A stretch of 42,202 nucleotides of DNA from Capsulimonadales bacterium (lineage in GTDB: Bacteria > Armatimonadota > Armatimonadia > Armatimonadales > Armatimonadaceae): contig JANRLW010000096.1 in NCBI GenBank assembly GCA_033762295.1, positions 1-42,202 on the forward strand, written 5' to 3'. Below are positions 18,171 through 28,327 of this stretch, piece after piece. The first letter of the stretch is position 1, and each line of letters begins with the position of its first letter. The notes under the pieces are model-generated. The model made no database searches, was not told the DNA's origin, and saw only the letters and a program-made list of their open reading frames with translations. The position numbers were made by a program, and so were the translations under genes.

Positions 18171-19580
18171 TTACTCCGGACGGAAGCCGATGCCGGCGAT
18201 CTTCCCGTCCTTCGTCAGAGCGACCATCACCCGTACGATGTTCTCGCCGAACTTCGCGCGGTATGTCAACCGGTCCTGACCGTCCTCCTCATGCCGCTCG
18301 ATCAGCGTCAACTCGCTCAGTTTTCCTCCCAGCATCTGCGGGGCTTCCTTCAGACGGTCGGGATGGAGGAACTTCCAAAACTCGGTGGTAAACTCGCTTT
18401 CGTCCGCCTCGCCTTTCTCAGCGACCCGCGACAGAATCGCCCGCAAACGCTCTGTGCGCTTCGGGTCGGGATCGTCGATCGGTTTCGCCTCCGTCGGCGC
18501 GACGGCGGGAACAAACCGTCCGGCGATCGTACGGGCCAGCCGCCCGGCGTCCGCGTCGTCCCGGTTCGCCAGCACGATGACGCTCAGTTTATCGTCGGGC
18601 AGACGCAGGATGAACGTGGAAAATCCGGGAATGCCCCCGCCATGCTGTTGCACCCGATGCCCCCGGACCGTCGAAACCTCCCAGCCGAACCCGTAGTCCG
18701 ACCGACTTCCGTCCGTCAGCGTCGTCGGGGACCACATCTGCCGTTTCGCGGACTCCGTCAACAGCGTCTCGCCGTTCAGGGCGGCATCCCACTTTGCCAG
18801 GTCCTTCACCGACGAGACCAGCGCTCCCGCCGACCAGGGATGGGTCGGGCTGACATAGTCACAGTTCACATAGCCGCCCTTCTCCAGCGAGTAACCCATC
18901 GCCCGCCGGGGAATGATCGCCCGGAAATCATTGACGCGGGTTTGAGTCATGTTCAGCGGCTTGAAAATCCGTTAGGCAAGGAAATCGGCGTAGGTTTTTC
19001 CGCTCGCGCTTTCGATCACCAGGCCGAGGAGGGTATAGCCGGTGTTGCTGTAGGAGAACTTCGATCCGGGCGGAAACTCCAGCGGTCGGTCGGCGACCAG
19101 CTTGATCAGTTCCTTCGGCGGATAGTCCCGTCGGATCGTCGTCGGGTTGAAGTAATCGGGCAGGGCCGTCAGGCTGAAAATGCCGCTCGTGTGATTGAGA
19201 AGTTGCCGGACCGTCACCGGCTTCCAGGCGTCCGGGACGTCCGGGACGAACTTCGAGAGCGGATCGTCAAGGCTCAACTTACCGTCCCCGGCGAGAAGAA
19301 GAACCGCGGCGGCGGTGAACTGCTTGGTCACCGAGGCGAGTTCGTAGACGGTCTCCTCGGTGGCCGGGGTCCTCGTTTCCAGGTTGGCAAAACCGAACCC
19401 GGCCGACTTGATCGTTTTGCCGTCCTTGATGATCGCGATGGAAACGCCGGGCGCTTTCGTTTTGGCGATTTCGGCTCGCAGGAATTCATCGGTCGGATCG
19501 GCTGCGAAAACCGTCGGTGTCAGAAGAAGAGGTAGAATCATAATGTTAATCATTTTCAACATATGGTGAAGGACACGCAT
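18171..19580 (-). pseudogene. Beta-lactamase/PBP-like serine hydrolase interrupted by one in-frame TAA at 18972-18974
   Basis: Signal peptide, SxxK (ASVTKQF) and YxN (YSNTGY) in the 5' part. WSAGAL and QHGGGIPGF in the 3' part. The junction reads YADFLA*RIFKPLNM in one frame. Confidence 0.85.
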
Positions 19581-19778
19581 ACTTCCTTCCCGGTTGCGGA
19601 CGGCGCGGCGTGGCCGGACTGTCGTTTCGCCGGCGAACACCACACCGGGAAACTCACAACCGACCATTGCCTCCGGTACGAATTTTGCGTGGGGACAGGT
19701 CGTGCGGAAGGATAAGCCGGAAACCGTTGCATCCGATTGCCGTAAAATAAGATGAATTTTTCCCGGAAAGCTACATAG

Positions 19779-21005
19779 ATGAATCCTCCGAACAAAACGG
19801 CGAGCGGCCGGAAGCCTCATCGCGTGGCCTATGTGTATGACGGGGTTACCTTTGGCGGCGTCGAAATCTATATCAAGATGCTGCTGAAATACCTGGATAC
19901 CGATCGGTATCTGCCGTCGGTCGTGATTTCCGCCTATAATGTCCGGTTCGCCGCCCCGGAGTTTCTGGAAATCCTGAAGGAGCTTCGTGTCCCCCTTCTG
20001 GTTCCCGCCGCCGCCGCGGACTCCCGAACGGGCAGTTTTCCGGCGGATGTGGTCGGTCTGCGCCGCCTTTTTCGCGCCGAGGGAATCGACATCGTTCACT
20101 GTCAGACGTCCAACTTCGACGGCGGACGCCGCGCCACTCTCGCAGCGCGTTCGGCGGGCGTGAAAGCGGTCCTGCGTACGGAACACGTCCCGCCCTCCAC
20201 CAACCTCAAACCGAACGCCCGCTGGCTGGTCAAAGCCTTCGACCGGATGACGGACTGCATTATCACCGATTCCGACTCCAACCGGGAGGAGCAGATCCAC
20301 CTGCTGCATCGGCCCGCGCACAAGGTCTATCGTTCCTATTGCGGCATCGAAACCGATCTGTTCGATCCGGCCCACGATGTTCGCGCCGCCAAAAAGGCGA
20401 TCGGGTTGGACCCCGACCGACCGGTCGTCGGGTCCGTCGTCCGGCTAGCTCCGCAAAAAGGCCCCGCCTATTTCGTGGACGCCGCCGCGAAGGTGCTGCG
20501 GGAGATGCCCGAGGTCCGGTTCCTTCTTGTCGGCAACGGGGAACTGGAAGACGAACTGCGGCAACAGGTGAAAGCTCTCGGTATCGAGGATCGGTTTATT
20601 TTTGCCGGGTTTCAGACGGAGTATATCCGTTACATGGAGGCGATGGATGTCACGGTGATGGCTTCGCTCTACGAGGGTTTTTCCCTCGGCATGCTGGCCA
20701 GCATGGCGCTCGGGAAACCGTGCGTGTTCACCGACCATTCCAGCTTCCGGGAAGCGGTCGGCGACTCGGGAGGCGCGCTACTGGCCCCGGTCCGCAACAG
20801 CGACGTTCTGGCGCAGCACATTCTGACCTTCCTGAACGATCCGGAACACGCCGCGCGCGCAGGGAGGGCGGCCCGCCAACGGGTCTGCGATGCCTTCAGC
20901 ATCCAGCGACTGGTGGACGATATGATGCACCTGTACGACCATTACCTCGATCCGAGGGCGCGCGCTACCCCGCCCGGCGCGAGGCGACGTCTCGTCCGCC
21001 CGTAG
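19779..21005 (+). CDS. Glycosyltransferase family 4 (GT-B)
   Basis: FGGVE, VRLAPQKG, LVGNGE, SLYEGFSLGMLASMALGKP. Confidence 0.92.
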   Translation: MNPPNKTASGRKPHRVAYVYDGVTFGGVEIYIKMLLKYLDTDRYLPSVVISAYNVRFAAPEFLEILKELRVPLLVPAAAADSRTGSFPADVVGLRRLFRAEGIDIVHCQTSNFDGGRRATLAARSAGVKAVLRTEHVPPSTNLKPNARWLVKAFDRMTDCIITDSDSNREEQIHLLHRPAHKVYRSYCGIETDLFDPAHDVRAAKKAIGLDPDRPVVGSVVRLAPQKGPAYFVDAAAKVLREMPEVRFLLVGNGELEDELRQQVKALGIEDRFIFAGFQTEYIRYMEAMDVTVMASLYEGFSLGMLASMALGKPCVFTDHSSFREAVGDSGGALLAPVRNSDVLAQHILTFLNDPEHAARAGRAARQRVCDAFSIQRLVDDMMHLYDHYLDPRARATPPGARRRLVRP

Positions 21006-21016
21006 AGATCGGACGG

Positions 21017-22084
21017 TTAACTCCCGACATCCCCTTTCGGGAAGCGGATGCCGAGTTTGATCGCGTCTCCGGGGTCGTGAAACAGGCGAAGGAACACCTC
21101 GGCCGAATCGTCAAAATCCACGATCGGGTCGACCAGCGCGGTCGAATCCAGCCAGCGGCGAACGAACATGTCGGTGACCGCCTCATAGAGACGGCCTTCG
21201 GTCCACAACGGATGGTCGCGCATCGGGTTGCCCCACGCCGGCAGACTACAGATCATCTCCAGGCGGTTATGGAACCACTCCTTGCCGAGTTCCAGTTCGG
21301 TATCCCTGCCCTGGTAGTAGCCGAGGGTGACCACACGACCGCATTTTCGCACCGACCGCATGGCGGTGTTCAGGGCGCGGTAACTGCCGCTCGCCTCAAT
21401 CGCGATGTCGGCCCCCTGACCGAGGACCGAGCGCACCTCCGTCGCCACATCAACGGCGGTCGGGTCAAGCGTCCGGGTCGCGCCGAACGTTTCGGCCAGC
21501 GCCCGCCGCCGGGCGATCGGATCGACGGCGACGATCCCGAGACAGCCCGCGCGGCGCAGCAGGGCGACCGTCAGCAGACCGATCGCGCCCAGCCCGAAAA
21601 GCACGACATTGTCCCCCAGGCATACCCGCGCATCCCGGACAGCGGCGAACCCGTAGACCGCCGGATCGATGCAAACGACATCCGTCTCCGTCAGGGGCGG
21701 TTCCAGCAGACGGAGATCGCGCTCCGAACGGGTAACTATTTCGCAGGCAGGCGCGTATCCGAAGACGCGATCGCCGGGCCGAAAACGGCTCACCGACGCC
21801 CCGACCTCGGTCACCGTGCCGACCGCCGTATTTCCGGCAAATCCGGCGGCAAAGTAGGGCGGGTTCTCGCCCTCCTCGCGCGGAACGAAAAGCTGGAGTT
21901 TGCCATCGTATCGCTCCCGATCGAACACCGAATCCCGGCGCAGATTGTTGAACTCGGTGCCATGCTTGATGGAGGCGAACTCGGCCCGAACTCGCACCTG
22001 GTCGTCGGCGAGCGGCGTTAGCGGAACCTCCCGGATCGTGATCTGGCGATTTTCATCGATATGCAATCCGCGAAACGTGTTCAT
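21017..22084 (-). CDS. Medium-chain (alcohol dehydrogenase-like) NAD(P)-dependent oxidoreductase
   Basis: SIKHGTE, VGTVTEVG...FRPGDRV, LFGLGAIG Rossmann motif, GADIAIEASG. Confidence 0.88.
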   Translation of the reverse strand: MNTFRGLHIDENRQITIREVPLTPLADDQVRVRAEFASIKHGTEFNNLRRDSVFDRERYDGKLQLFVPREEGENPPYFAAGFAGNTAVGTVTEVGASVSRFRPGDRVFGYAPACEIVTRSERDLRLLEPPLTETDVVCIDPAVYGFAAVRDARVCLGDNVVLFGLGAIGLLTVALLRRAGCLGIVAVDPIARRRALAETFGATRTLDPTAVDVATEVRSVLGQGADIAIEASGSYRALNTAMRSVRKCGRVVTLGYYQGRDTELELGKEWFHNRLEMICSLPAWGNPMRDHPLWTEGRLYEAVTDMFVRRWLDSTALVDPIVDFDDSAEVFLRLFHDPGDAIKLGIRFPKGDVGS

Positions 22085-22223
22085 GCCGGGCTTTCCGTTC
22101 GGTCGTATTTTGACGGGAAAGGATTATACCACGGGCGTTTTTTGGGAGCCAGGGTGCCGCGCTTCGAAGTTTTGTGCCGGAATCTGAGGAGAAAGACGGC
22201 AGAATCGCCAATTGTAGGGCCGT

Positions 22224-23264
22224 ATGAAAGACGATTCCCTGTCCTTCGGTCTCAGTGGTTGCGGCTGGTTCGGCGGTGTGCATGTCGACCGCCTGAGCCG
22301 GATTCCGAACGTCCGCATCGCCGCCGTCACCGATCCCGATGTCGATGCCGCGAAACGCCTGGCCGAGAAGGTGCCCGCCGCCGCGCGCCCGGAAGACGGC
22401 GTCGCCGTCTACACCGACTATGCGGATATGCTCCGCCATCCCGGTCTGGATGCCGTCTCCATCAACTCTCCGAACCGGTGGCATGTCGAACAGCTGATCG
22501 CCGCGCTGTCCGCCGGACGACACGTCCTCTGTGAGAAACCGCTCACCCTGATTCCCGCCGAAGCGACGGCGGCGATCGAGGCGACGCGCCTGTCCGGTAA
22601 GATCGTCGCCATTTCCTATCAATCACGGTATCGACGGGAAGCCCGTCTGCTGCGACATGCCGTACGCTCCGGCCGCTTCGGAAAGGTGACCTCCCTTTCC
22701 GCGGTGGCCGGTGAGGACTGGGTGACGCCGAACCTCGGCACCTGGCGGCACGACCCGGAACGGTGTCCGGGCGGCTACTTTGGCGACGCCAACAGCCACC
22801 AGCTCGATCTCCTCCTCCGGATCACCGGGCTGTCGCCGGTTCCCGGCACGGTTCGCGCGACCATGGAACATCGCGGCACCCCGGTTCCGATCGTCATCTA
22901 CGGCGAAGCGAAACTGTCCGGCGAACGGTCCGGCGAGACGGCGAGCGAGGTTCCGTTCGTCTTCTCGTTCGTCGGCGATTCCCACCGCTGGCGTCAGGAA
23001 CTGACAATCATCACCGAGGGAGCGGACTTCGTCCTGCGTGACGGTGACCTGCTCTGGTCCGATGCCCAGAGCAAGCCGCTCGCCCCGTTCACCGAGGCGG
23101 ACGCCGGCCTGACGCACGCATTGACGACCGAGACGCCCGACGATGCCTTCGTCGCCGCCCTGCGCGGCGGACCGCCGGTCGATTCCGCCCCGGAGACGGT
23201 GCTTCCGGTTTTGAACCTGACTCTGGCCGCCCTCGCCGCCGCCGGAGAACCCCTGCCACGCTGA
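22224..23264 (+). CDS. Gfo/Idh/MocA family oxidoreductase
   Basis: GLSGCGWFG, SPNRWH, HVLCEKPL, GGYFGDANSHQLD. Confidence 0.9.
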   Translation: MKDDSLSFGLSGCGWFGGVHVDRLSRIPNVRIAAVTDPDVDAAKRLAEKVPAAARPEDGVAVYTDYADMLRHPGLDAVSINSPNRWHVEQLIAALSAGRHVLCEKPLTLIPAEATAAIEATRLSGKIVAISYQSRYRREARLLRHAVRSGRFGKVTSLSAVAGEDWVTPNLGTWRHDPERCPGGYFGDANSHQLDLLLRITGLSPVPGTVRATMEHRGTPVPIVIYGEAKLSGERSGETASEVPFVFSFVGDSHRWRQELTIITEGADFVLRDGDLLWSDAQSKPLAPFTEADAGLTHALTTETPDDAFVAALRGGPPVDSAPETVLPVLNLTLAALAAAGEPLPR

Positions 23265-23304
23265 TCTTTTCGAAGCGTTTTTAACGCACAGGAGCGATAT
23301 TGCC

Positions 23305-24147
23305 ATGACCGAACGCGAAAAATATCTGTTCGACGTCCAGGGTATTCTGCTCGTTCGCAACTTCCTCACCCCGGAGGAGGTCGCCCGACTGAATGACGCC
23401 ATCGACGCCAACGCCGACCGAATGACCGAGACCGAGGGCACCTACCTCGGCAACTCGACGACCCTGAAAGGCACGGCGCAGCGCGGCATCCTCCACGGTA
23501 TGCTGGAATGGGAAAAGCCCTGGTGCGAGCCGTTCCGTGAACTCCTCGCCCATCCGAAGGCTCTCCCCTACCTGGACACCATGCTCGGACGAGGCTGGCG
23601 GCTCGATCATGCGCCGGTTCTCTTCTACGCCTCCGAAGGCACGGAGGGACTGAAACTTCATGGTCCCGGTCATAACTTCGATAGCGCACAGTATTATGTC
23701 CATAAGAACGGCATCATGCGCTGCGGGATGGTCTCCTACCAGTTCCAGTTGGCGGATATCGGACCGGGAGACGGCGGTTTCTGCTACGTTCCGGGCAGCC
23801 ACAAGGCCAACTATCCCTGCCCCGCCTCGGTGCTGGAGTGCGATGCCGACGAGGACTGTGTCCTGCACGTCCCCTGCAAAGCCGGCGACCTCCTGATCTT
23901 CAACGAGGCCACGACGCATGGCACCCTGCCCTGGAAGGCGACGCACCAGCGGCGGACGCTGATGTACCGATTCTCGCCGAAGACCGTCCACTTTGCCGGC
24001 GGGTACTACCGGCCGGAGTTTCCGGACTGGGTGAACGAATTGACGGAAGCGCAGCGGGCCGTCCTCGAACCGCCGTATATCTACCGACGTCCGCTGATCG
24101 AACCGGACGGCGTCACGGTGGTCCGTCCGCATCGGGAGTTTCCCTGA
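23305..24147 (+). CDS. Phytanoyl-CoA dioxygenase (PhyH)-family Fe(II)/2-oxoglutarate enzyme with an atypical H-G-P motif
   Basis: YLFDVQG, GDGGFCYVPGSHKAN, KAGDLLIFNEATTHGTLPW, RRTLMYRF. AGGAG RBS. Confidence 0.88.
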   Translation: MTEREKYLFDVQGILLVRNFLTPEEVARLNDAIDANADRMTETEGTYLGNSTTLKGTAQRGILHGMLEWEKPWCEPFRELLAHPKALPYLDTMLGRGWRLDHAPVLFYASEGTEGLKLHGPGHNFDSAQYYVHKNGIMRCGMVSYQFQLADIGPGDGGFCYVPGSHKANYPCPASVLECDADEDCVLHVPCKAGDLLIFNEATTHGTLPWKATHQRRTLMYRFSPKTVHFAGGYYRPEFPDWVNELTEAQRAVLEPPYIYRRPLIEPDGVTVVRPHREFP

Positions 24148-25663
24148 CGGGGTTTCGCTTCAGGTACTCCTGCCAGAGGTCGAGACGGACCCAGGTCTGC
24201 ATCAGGACGCCGGGCCGGAGGGCGAAGAAGCCGGTCATCAGGTGGGTGGCGTCCAGCCGCTGCGTCAGTTCCTCGTCGAACGCGGCGGATGCCAGGACGA
24301 TCGGTGCGTCCGCCTCCGTACCCGGCGGCACCCCGACCCAGAAGCCGACATTCGGGAAACGCCGCAGGTACCACGGCAGCGGCCAGTAGTACGTATCGGT
24401 CGAAAAGACCTTGATCACCACCCGTTCCCCCTCCGGCGATGACCGCGCAATGGGCAGCAGTTTCTCCGCGATCTGCGGCGTCTCCGGCGCGGTCGGCGAA
24501 TAGAGGTACGGGTTGCGGGGATCGTTGTAGTGAACGTAGTTCACGGTCGCCGTCTGCCAGGCCAGATGCGCGATTCCCGCCAGCAGGCCGAGCGACGCGA
24601 TTCCGCGCGGGATGCCCTTCGGAAGCCGTTCGATCGTTCGCGAGGCCCCCACTCCGGCGAGCAGGATCATTCCCTGCAAAAAACTCAGCACGCACCAGGG
24701 CGTTTTGTAGGGGATCACGCCGTACCCGACGGTCAGGATCAGCGTGTAGACCGCGAGGAAGCGGACGAGACGCGCCCCCTTCACGGCGAACGCCATTCCG
24801 ACGAACGACAGTCCGACCGTCAGTATCTCCGTCGACATCGGCCAGCCCTTCTGCCCCTCCGGCCAGATCAGCAGGCGAAGATAGTAGTGCCACGGGTGCA
24901 GATGGACGTCGGTGGCGTGCGCACGGCTCAGCCAGGGAGTAAAGGCCGCGAAGAGATCGATCGGTCCGCGCGGGTTGGTCCCGAATCCGGAAAGGAACGC
25001 CCCGCCGGTGACGATCATCGCGGCAGCGGCCAGCGCGACGAAGCGTCCTTTCGGTCCGAAATCGACCGCCCGCCCGCGCCCCGTCAGGAACGCCGCGACC
25101 GTTGCCGCGCCGAAGGTCAGAACCGCCGTCTCCTTGGACGCGACCATCAACCCCGCGCAGATGCCGACACCGATCGCCCAACCGGCGGAGGGACGACGCA
25201 CGTAACGCCATCCGCAGGCCAGCAGTCCGAGCGTGGCAAAGACAAGCGGCGTCTCCTGGATGTAGTACCGCCCGTAGTAGACGAAGGTCGGGGATAAGAC
25301 GAACAGGGCGGCGGCGATCCCGATGGCTCGCCCGCCCAATCCCGGCGCGAACAGCGGCAGCCAGAGCAGCATCGCCGCGCCGAACCAGGCGATCGTCAGG
25401 CGGAAATCGGCCTCCGTGACCGAAACGAAATCGGTATGCCCGCGCAGGAGGGTAACCGGAAGTGCGGCGTAATAGATCGTCGGACCGTGGTACTCGTTCG
25501 GATCATAGACATAGCGTCCGGTGCGGCGCAGTTCGTCGAATTTGATCGCGTGGACCGACTCGTCGGCATGGAACGGGCGGTCGCCGAGTCCCGGCAGGCG
25601 CATCCCCAGGGCCACGGCGAAGAGCGACGCCAGCAGCAGGGGAAACGCCCGCCGTTTCGTCAT
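24113..25663 (-). CDS. TIGR03663/Agl23-like polytopic GT-C (PMT-like) glycosyltransferase
   Basis: RPFHADESVH (acidic DE loop), YDPNEYHGPTIYY, YYGRYYIQE, SKET, PYKTPW, YWPLPWYLR. Many TM segments. Confidence 0.82.
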   Translation of the reverse strand: MTKRRAFPLLLASLFAVALGMRLPGLGDRPFHADESVHAIKFDELRRTGRYVYDPNEYHGPTIYYAALPVTLLRGHTDFVSVTEADFRLTIAWFGAAMLLWLPLFAPGLGGRAIGIAAALFVLSPTFVYYGRYYIQETPLVFATLGLLACGWRYVRRPSAGWAIGVGICAGLMVASKETAVLTFGAATVAAFLTGRGRAVDFGPKGRFVALAAAAMIVTGGAFLSGFGTNPRGPIDLFAAFTPWLSRAHATDVHLHPWHYYLRLLIWPEGQKGWPMSTEILTVGLSFVGMAFAVKGARLVRFLAVYTLILTVGYGVIPYKTPWCVLSFLQGMILLAGVGASRTIERLPKGIPRGIASLGLLAGIAHLAWQTATVNYVHYNDPRNPYLYSPTAPETPQIAEKLLPIARSSPEGERVVIKVFSTDTYYWPLPWYLRRFPNVGFWVGVPPGTEADAPIVLASAAFDEELTQRLDATHLMTGFFALRPGVLMQTWVRLDLWQEYLKRNPVRETPDADGPP

Positions 25664-26352
25664 TTGCTCGCGGGCAAACCGTATACCTCGACCTCGGTAT
25701 AGCGGTTCAACGGGTCCTGGTAGGTGCTTCCCTTGCTGTAGAGCCGGACATACCGCGCCTTGATCCCCTTCGCGTCGATCAGTTTGCCCTCGTTCGTCTC
25801 GAAGTACTCCCGGTCCTTGCCGATCCCCAGACCGGCGGCATTGACCTGATCGTTATTGAAGAGCGTCGTGACTCCGTCGATGAACTTCGGATCGTCGGAT
25901 ACCTGCACAACCACGCTGTGGAACACGATCGGTTGACCGTGATAATGCCAGACGAGAATATAGTAGAGCGGCGACGACTCGCCCAGATCGATCTGCACCC
26001 ACTGGACGCGCGGTTTGAGTTCGACCGCCGTGTTCTCCCCGACCTCCTTGTTACCGTCGGTGATCACGTCCAGCGAGCCGGAAAAGGGCGCGGCGCCGCT
26101 CGTCACCTTCTTCCGTAACGCCAGGTTCACGGTTCCTTTCGGCGCCATCGGGACCGCGCGCGCTTTGGCGTTCCGTTCCACGGTCGTCCCGGTCGGAATA
26201 TCCTTGGGTGTCCCGGCAAACACGGCCTTGGGCAGTTTCAGCGGCAGCGGGACCAGGTCGCCGCCCTGCGCCCGGCAGACCGGCAGGACCGAAAAGAAGC
26301 ATCCCAGCAGCGCGACGACCCGCCATGCAGGAGCGGTAGAGCGAAAATGCAC
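25660..26352 (-). CDS. Secreted discoidin (F5/8 type C, galactose-binding-like) domain protein
   Basis: Signal peptide, NLALRKKVTS, ITDG, QWVQIDLG, ARYVRLYS, EVEVYG. Shares a 4-bp ATGA overlap with the Agl23-like gene. Confidence 0.82.
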   Translation of the reverse strand: MHFRSTAPAWRVVALLGCFFSVLPVCRAQGGDLVPLPLKLPKAVFAGTPKDIPTGTTVERNAKARAVPMAPKGTVNLALRKKVTSGAAPFSGSLDVITDGNKEVGENTAVELKPRVQWVQIDLGESSPLYYILVWHYHGQPIVFHSVVVQVSDDPKFIDGVTTLFNNDQVNAAGLGIGKDREYFETNEGKLIDAKGIKARYVRLYSKGSTYQDPLNRYTEVEVYGLPASK

Positions 26353-26391
26353 GTATCGATACCTCCGCAGCTATTTAATCACAATTAACGA

Positions 26392-27228
26392 CTAGTTCGC
26401 CTCCTCCGGCGAGTGTTCCCGCAGCCAGACGCGCAGCGGGACGTCCGCGTCGGTCGGCGAAAAGTACCCGTTACAGTTCACCGTCCCCCCGAGCATCTGC
26501 TTACGGATCGGATCGGCGGTTTCCCGGAGATGCTGTACCGTCATCTCGTCCTTGGTGCGCAGCCAGCGGTAACCGTAGCCATAGAAGAGGACTTTGCGCG
26601 TGACCTCGGACCAGTTGGGCGCGCCGGCATGCCAGATACGCCGGTCGAACAGCACCGCCGTTCCCGGTTTCGCCAGCACCGGGATTGCGCCCTCCGGCTG
26701 CCCTTCGCCGCCCGCCGGTTTCTCCAGAACGTCCTGCAGATGGCTGCCCGGCACCACCCAGAAGTTTCCGCACCCCTCGACGCTCGCATCGGAGAGGAAG
26801 TAGGCGACCTTGAGGGAAAGCCGGGGGCGCGGGTGCGATTCCATCTCGACATTCACCCGTCCGCTGTCCTGATGCCATCCATACGTCTTCGTATCGCGCG
26901 GTTTATTCGCGGGCGGCGTGACGATCAGGTGGGAGTGGTAGATATTGATATTCCAGCCGAGAATGCCCCAGACTTTCGGCAGTATCTTTTCGTAATCGAC
27001 CAGATCGGTCAGCATCGGGTCGAGCGGAAGGAAGTCCGGCAGGAACAGGGCGGCACGCGGGTTGAATCCCGCGTCGATCTTTTGCGCGTGGATTCGATCG
27101 ACCACCCCGGTCAGGTCGCGCACCTGTTCGGGCGACAGGGTATTCTCCAGCATCAGAAAACCCTGTTCGTCGAACGTTTTTCTTTCGGCGTCGGTCAGGC
27201 GATAGGGCAGACAAGTGGTTGACAGCAT
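26392..27228 (-). CDS. Phytanoyl-CoA dioxygenase (PhyH/EctD-like) family protein
   Basis: Canonical GWHQD, VVPGSH, FDRRIWHAGAPN, TRKV. Confidence 0.9.
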   Translation of the reverse strand: MLSTTCLPYRLTDAERKTFDEQGFLMLENTLSPEQVRDLTGVVDRIHAQKIDAGFNPRAALFLPDFLPLDPMLTDLVDYEKILPKVWGILGWNINIYHSHLIVTPPANKPRDTKTYGWHQDSGRVNVEMESHPRPRLSLKVAYFLSDASVEGCGNFWVVPGSHLQDVLEKPAGGEGQPEGAIPVLAKPGTAVLFDRRIWHAGAPNWSEVTRKVLFYGYGYRWLRTKDEMTVQHLRETADPIRKQMLGGTVNCNGYFSPTDADVPLRVWLREHSPEEAN

Positions 27229-27316
27229 CGTTGCCTTCCTTCCTCTTTAGGGATTCTCGGCGCGCGGTGCGCCGGGACGCAGGTACGCGCCCATTCTACC
27301 GCGAAACGAGACGACG

Positions 27317-28327
27317 ATGACCATACGACCTTTTGATGCGTTGATGCTCCCGGAGGCGGGACGACTGCTCGCCGAACGTCAGCGTCGGGTACGCCGAATC
27401 CATTCCCGGTTCCCTGACACGTTCGATTCGGAGGCGGAGGCGACGCAACTCGTCACCGCCTTGCATGCGCGACCGGGGCGGACCGGCGCGGCGGCGTTCG
27501 ACGGAGGTCGCATGATCGCCTTCCTGCTGGCCGAGCGGGTGACGGACATGCTCTGGGGCCGCGCGTTATGGATGCGCCTGCCGGGGATGGCCGTCGCCGG
27601 GGAGGATGGGGAGGTTCTGCGTGACCTGTATGCGGCTGTCGCCGCGCCCCCGGTCCTGCAGGGCTGTTTCCACCACTTCGCCGTCGTTCCGGTGGCGGAG
27701 GCGGGTATGGTCCGGGCGTTTTTTTCCCTGGCGTTCGGCATCGAGCAGGTGCACGGCATCGTCGACCTGACGGAGGTTTCGACCGATCCCCCGTCTTTGC
27801 CGCCGGGAGTCACAATCCGGCAGGCGGGGAGCGGTGACCGGGAGATACTGGAATCGCTGTCCGGAACGATCTGGGAGCATCAGGTGCTTGCGCCGGTCTG
27901 GGGGATTCACCTTCCGGAGACGCAGGCCGAGCGGCGCAAATCCTACGGCGACATGGCCGACGATCAGGAAGCCCTGGTCCATATCGCCTTCGTCGACGGC
28001 GAACCGGCCGGTCTTCAGGGCTACTTCCCGCCCGAAAAGGAGGGGTTGCCCGATATGCTGATGCGGGAGAACGGGTTGGAGTTGTGCGTCGGCGGGACGA
28101 AGGCGGAGTTTCGCGGACGGGGCATCGCGACGGCGATGACGCAGACGGCGTTCCATGCCGCGCGTGTCGCCGGGTGCCGTTATATTCTGACCGATTGGCG
28201 CAGCACGAACCTGCTCTCCTCGCGGTTCTGGCCGCGCCGCGGGTTTGTGCCGGTCGCCTATCGTCTCGCCCGCCGCGTCGACGACCGCATCCTCTGGGCG
28301 GGCCGGCAGCGCACGGAACTACTTTAA
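27317..28327 (+). CDS. GNAT family N-acetyltransferase
   Basis: EFRGRGIATAM acetyl-CoA motif and TDWRSTNLLSSRFWPRRGF. Confidence 0.88.
   Translation: MTIRPFDALMLPEAGRLLAERQRRVRRIHSRFPDTFDSEAEATQLVTALHARPGRTGAAAFDGGRMIAFLLAERVTDMLWGRALWMRLPGMAVAGEDGEVLRDLYAAVAAPPVLQGCFHHFAVVPVAEAGMVRAFFSLAFGIEQVHGIVDLTEVSTDPPSLPPGVTIRQAGSGDREILESLSGTIWEHQVLAPVWGIHLPETQAERRKSYGDMADDQEALVHIAFVDGEPAGLQGYFPPEKEGLPDMLMRENGLELCVGGTKAEFRGRGIATAMTQTAFHAARVAGCRYILTDWRSTNLLSSRFWPRRGFVPVAYRLARRVDDRILWAGRQRTELL

Noticed and set aside
18972..18974. Stop-codon reassignment or suppression by the nearby tRNA-Gln
   Set aside because: The tRNA anticodon is the ordinary TTG, and TAA terminates several normal genes in the window.
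19581..20375. Upstream extension of ORF 18972-20375 as a fusion protein
   Set aside because: It overlaps the GT4 gene on the opposite strand. The hydrolase signal peptide begins near 19580.
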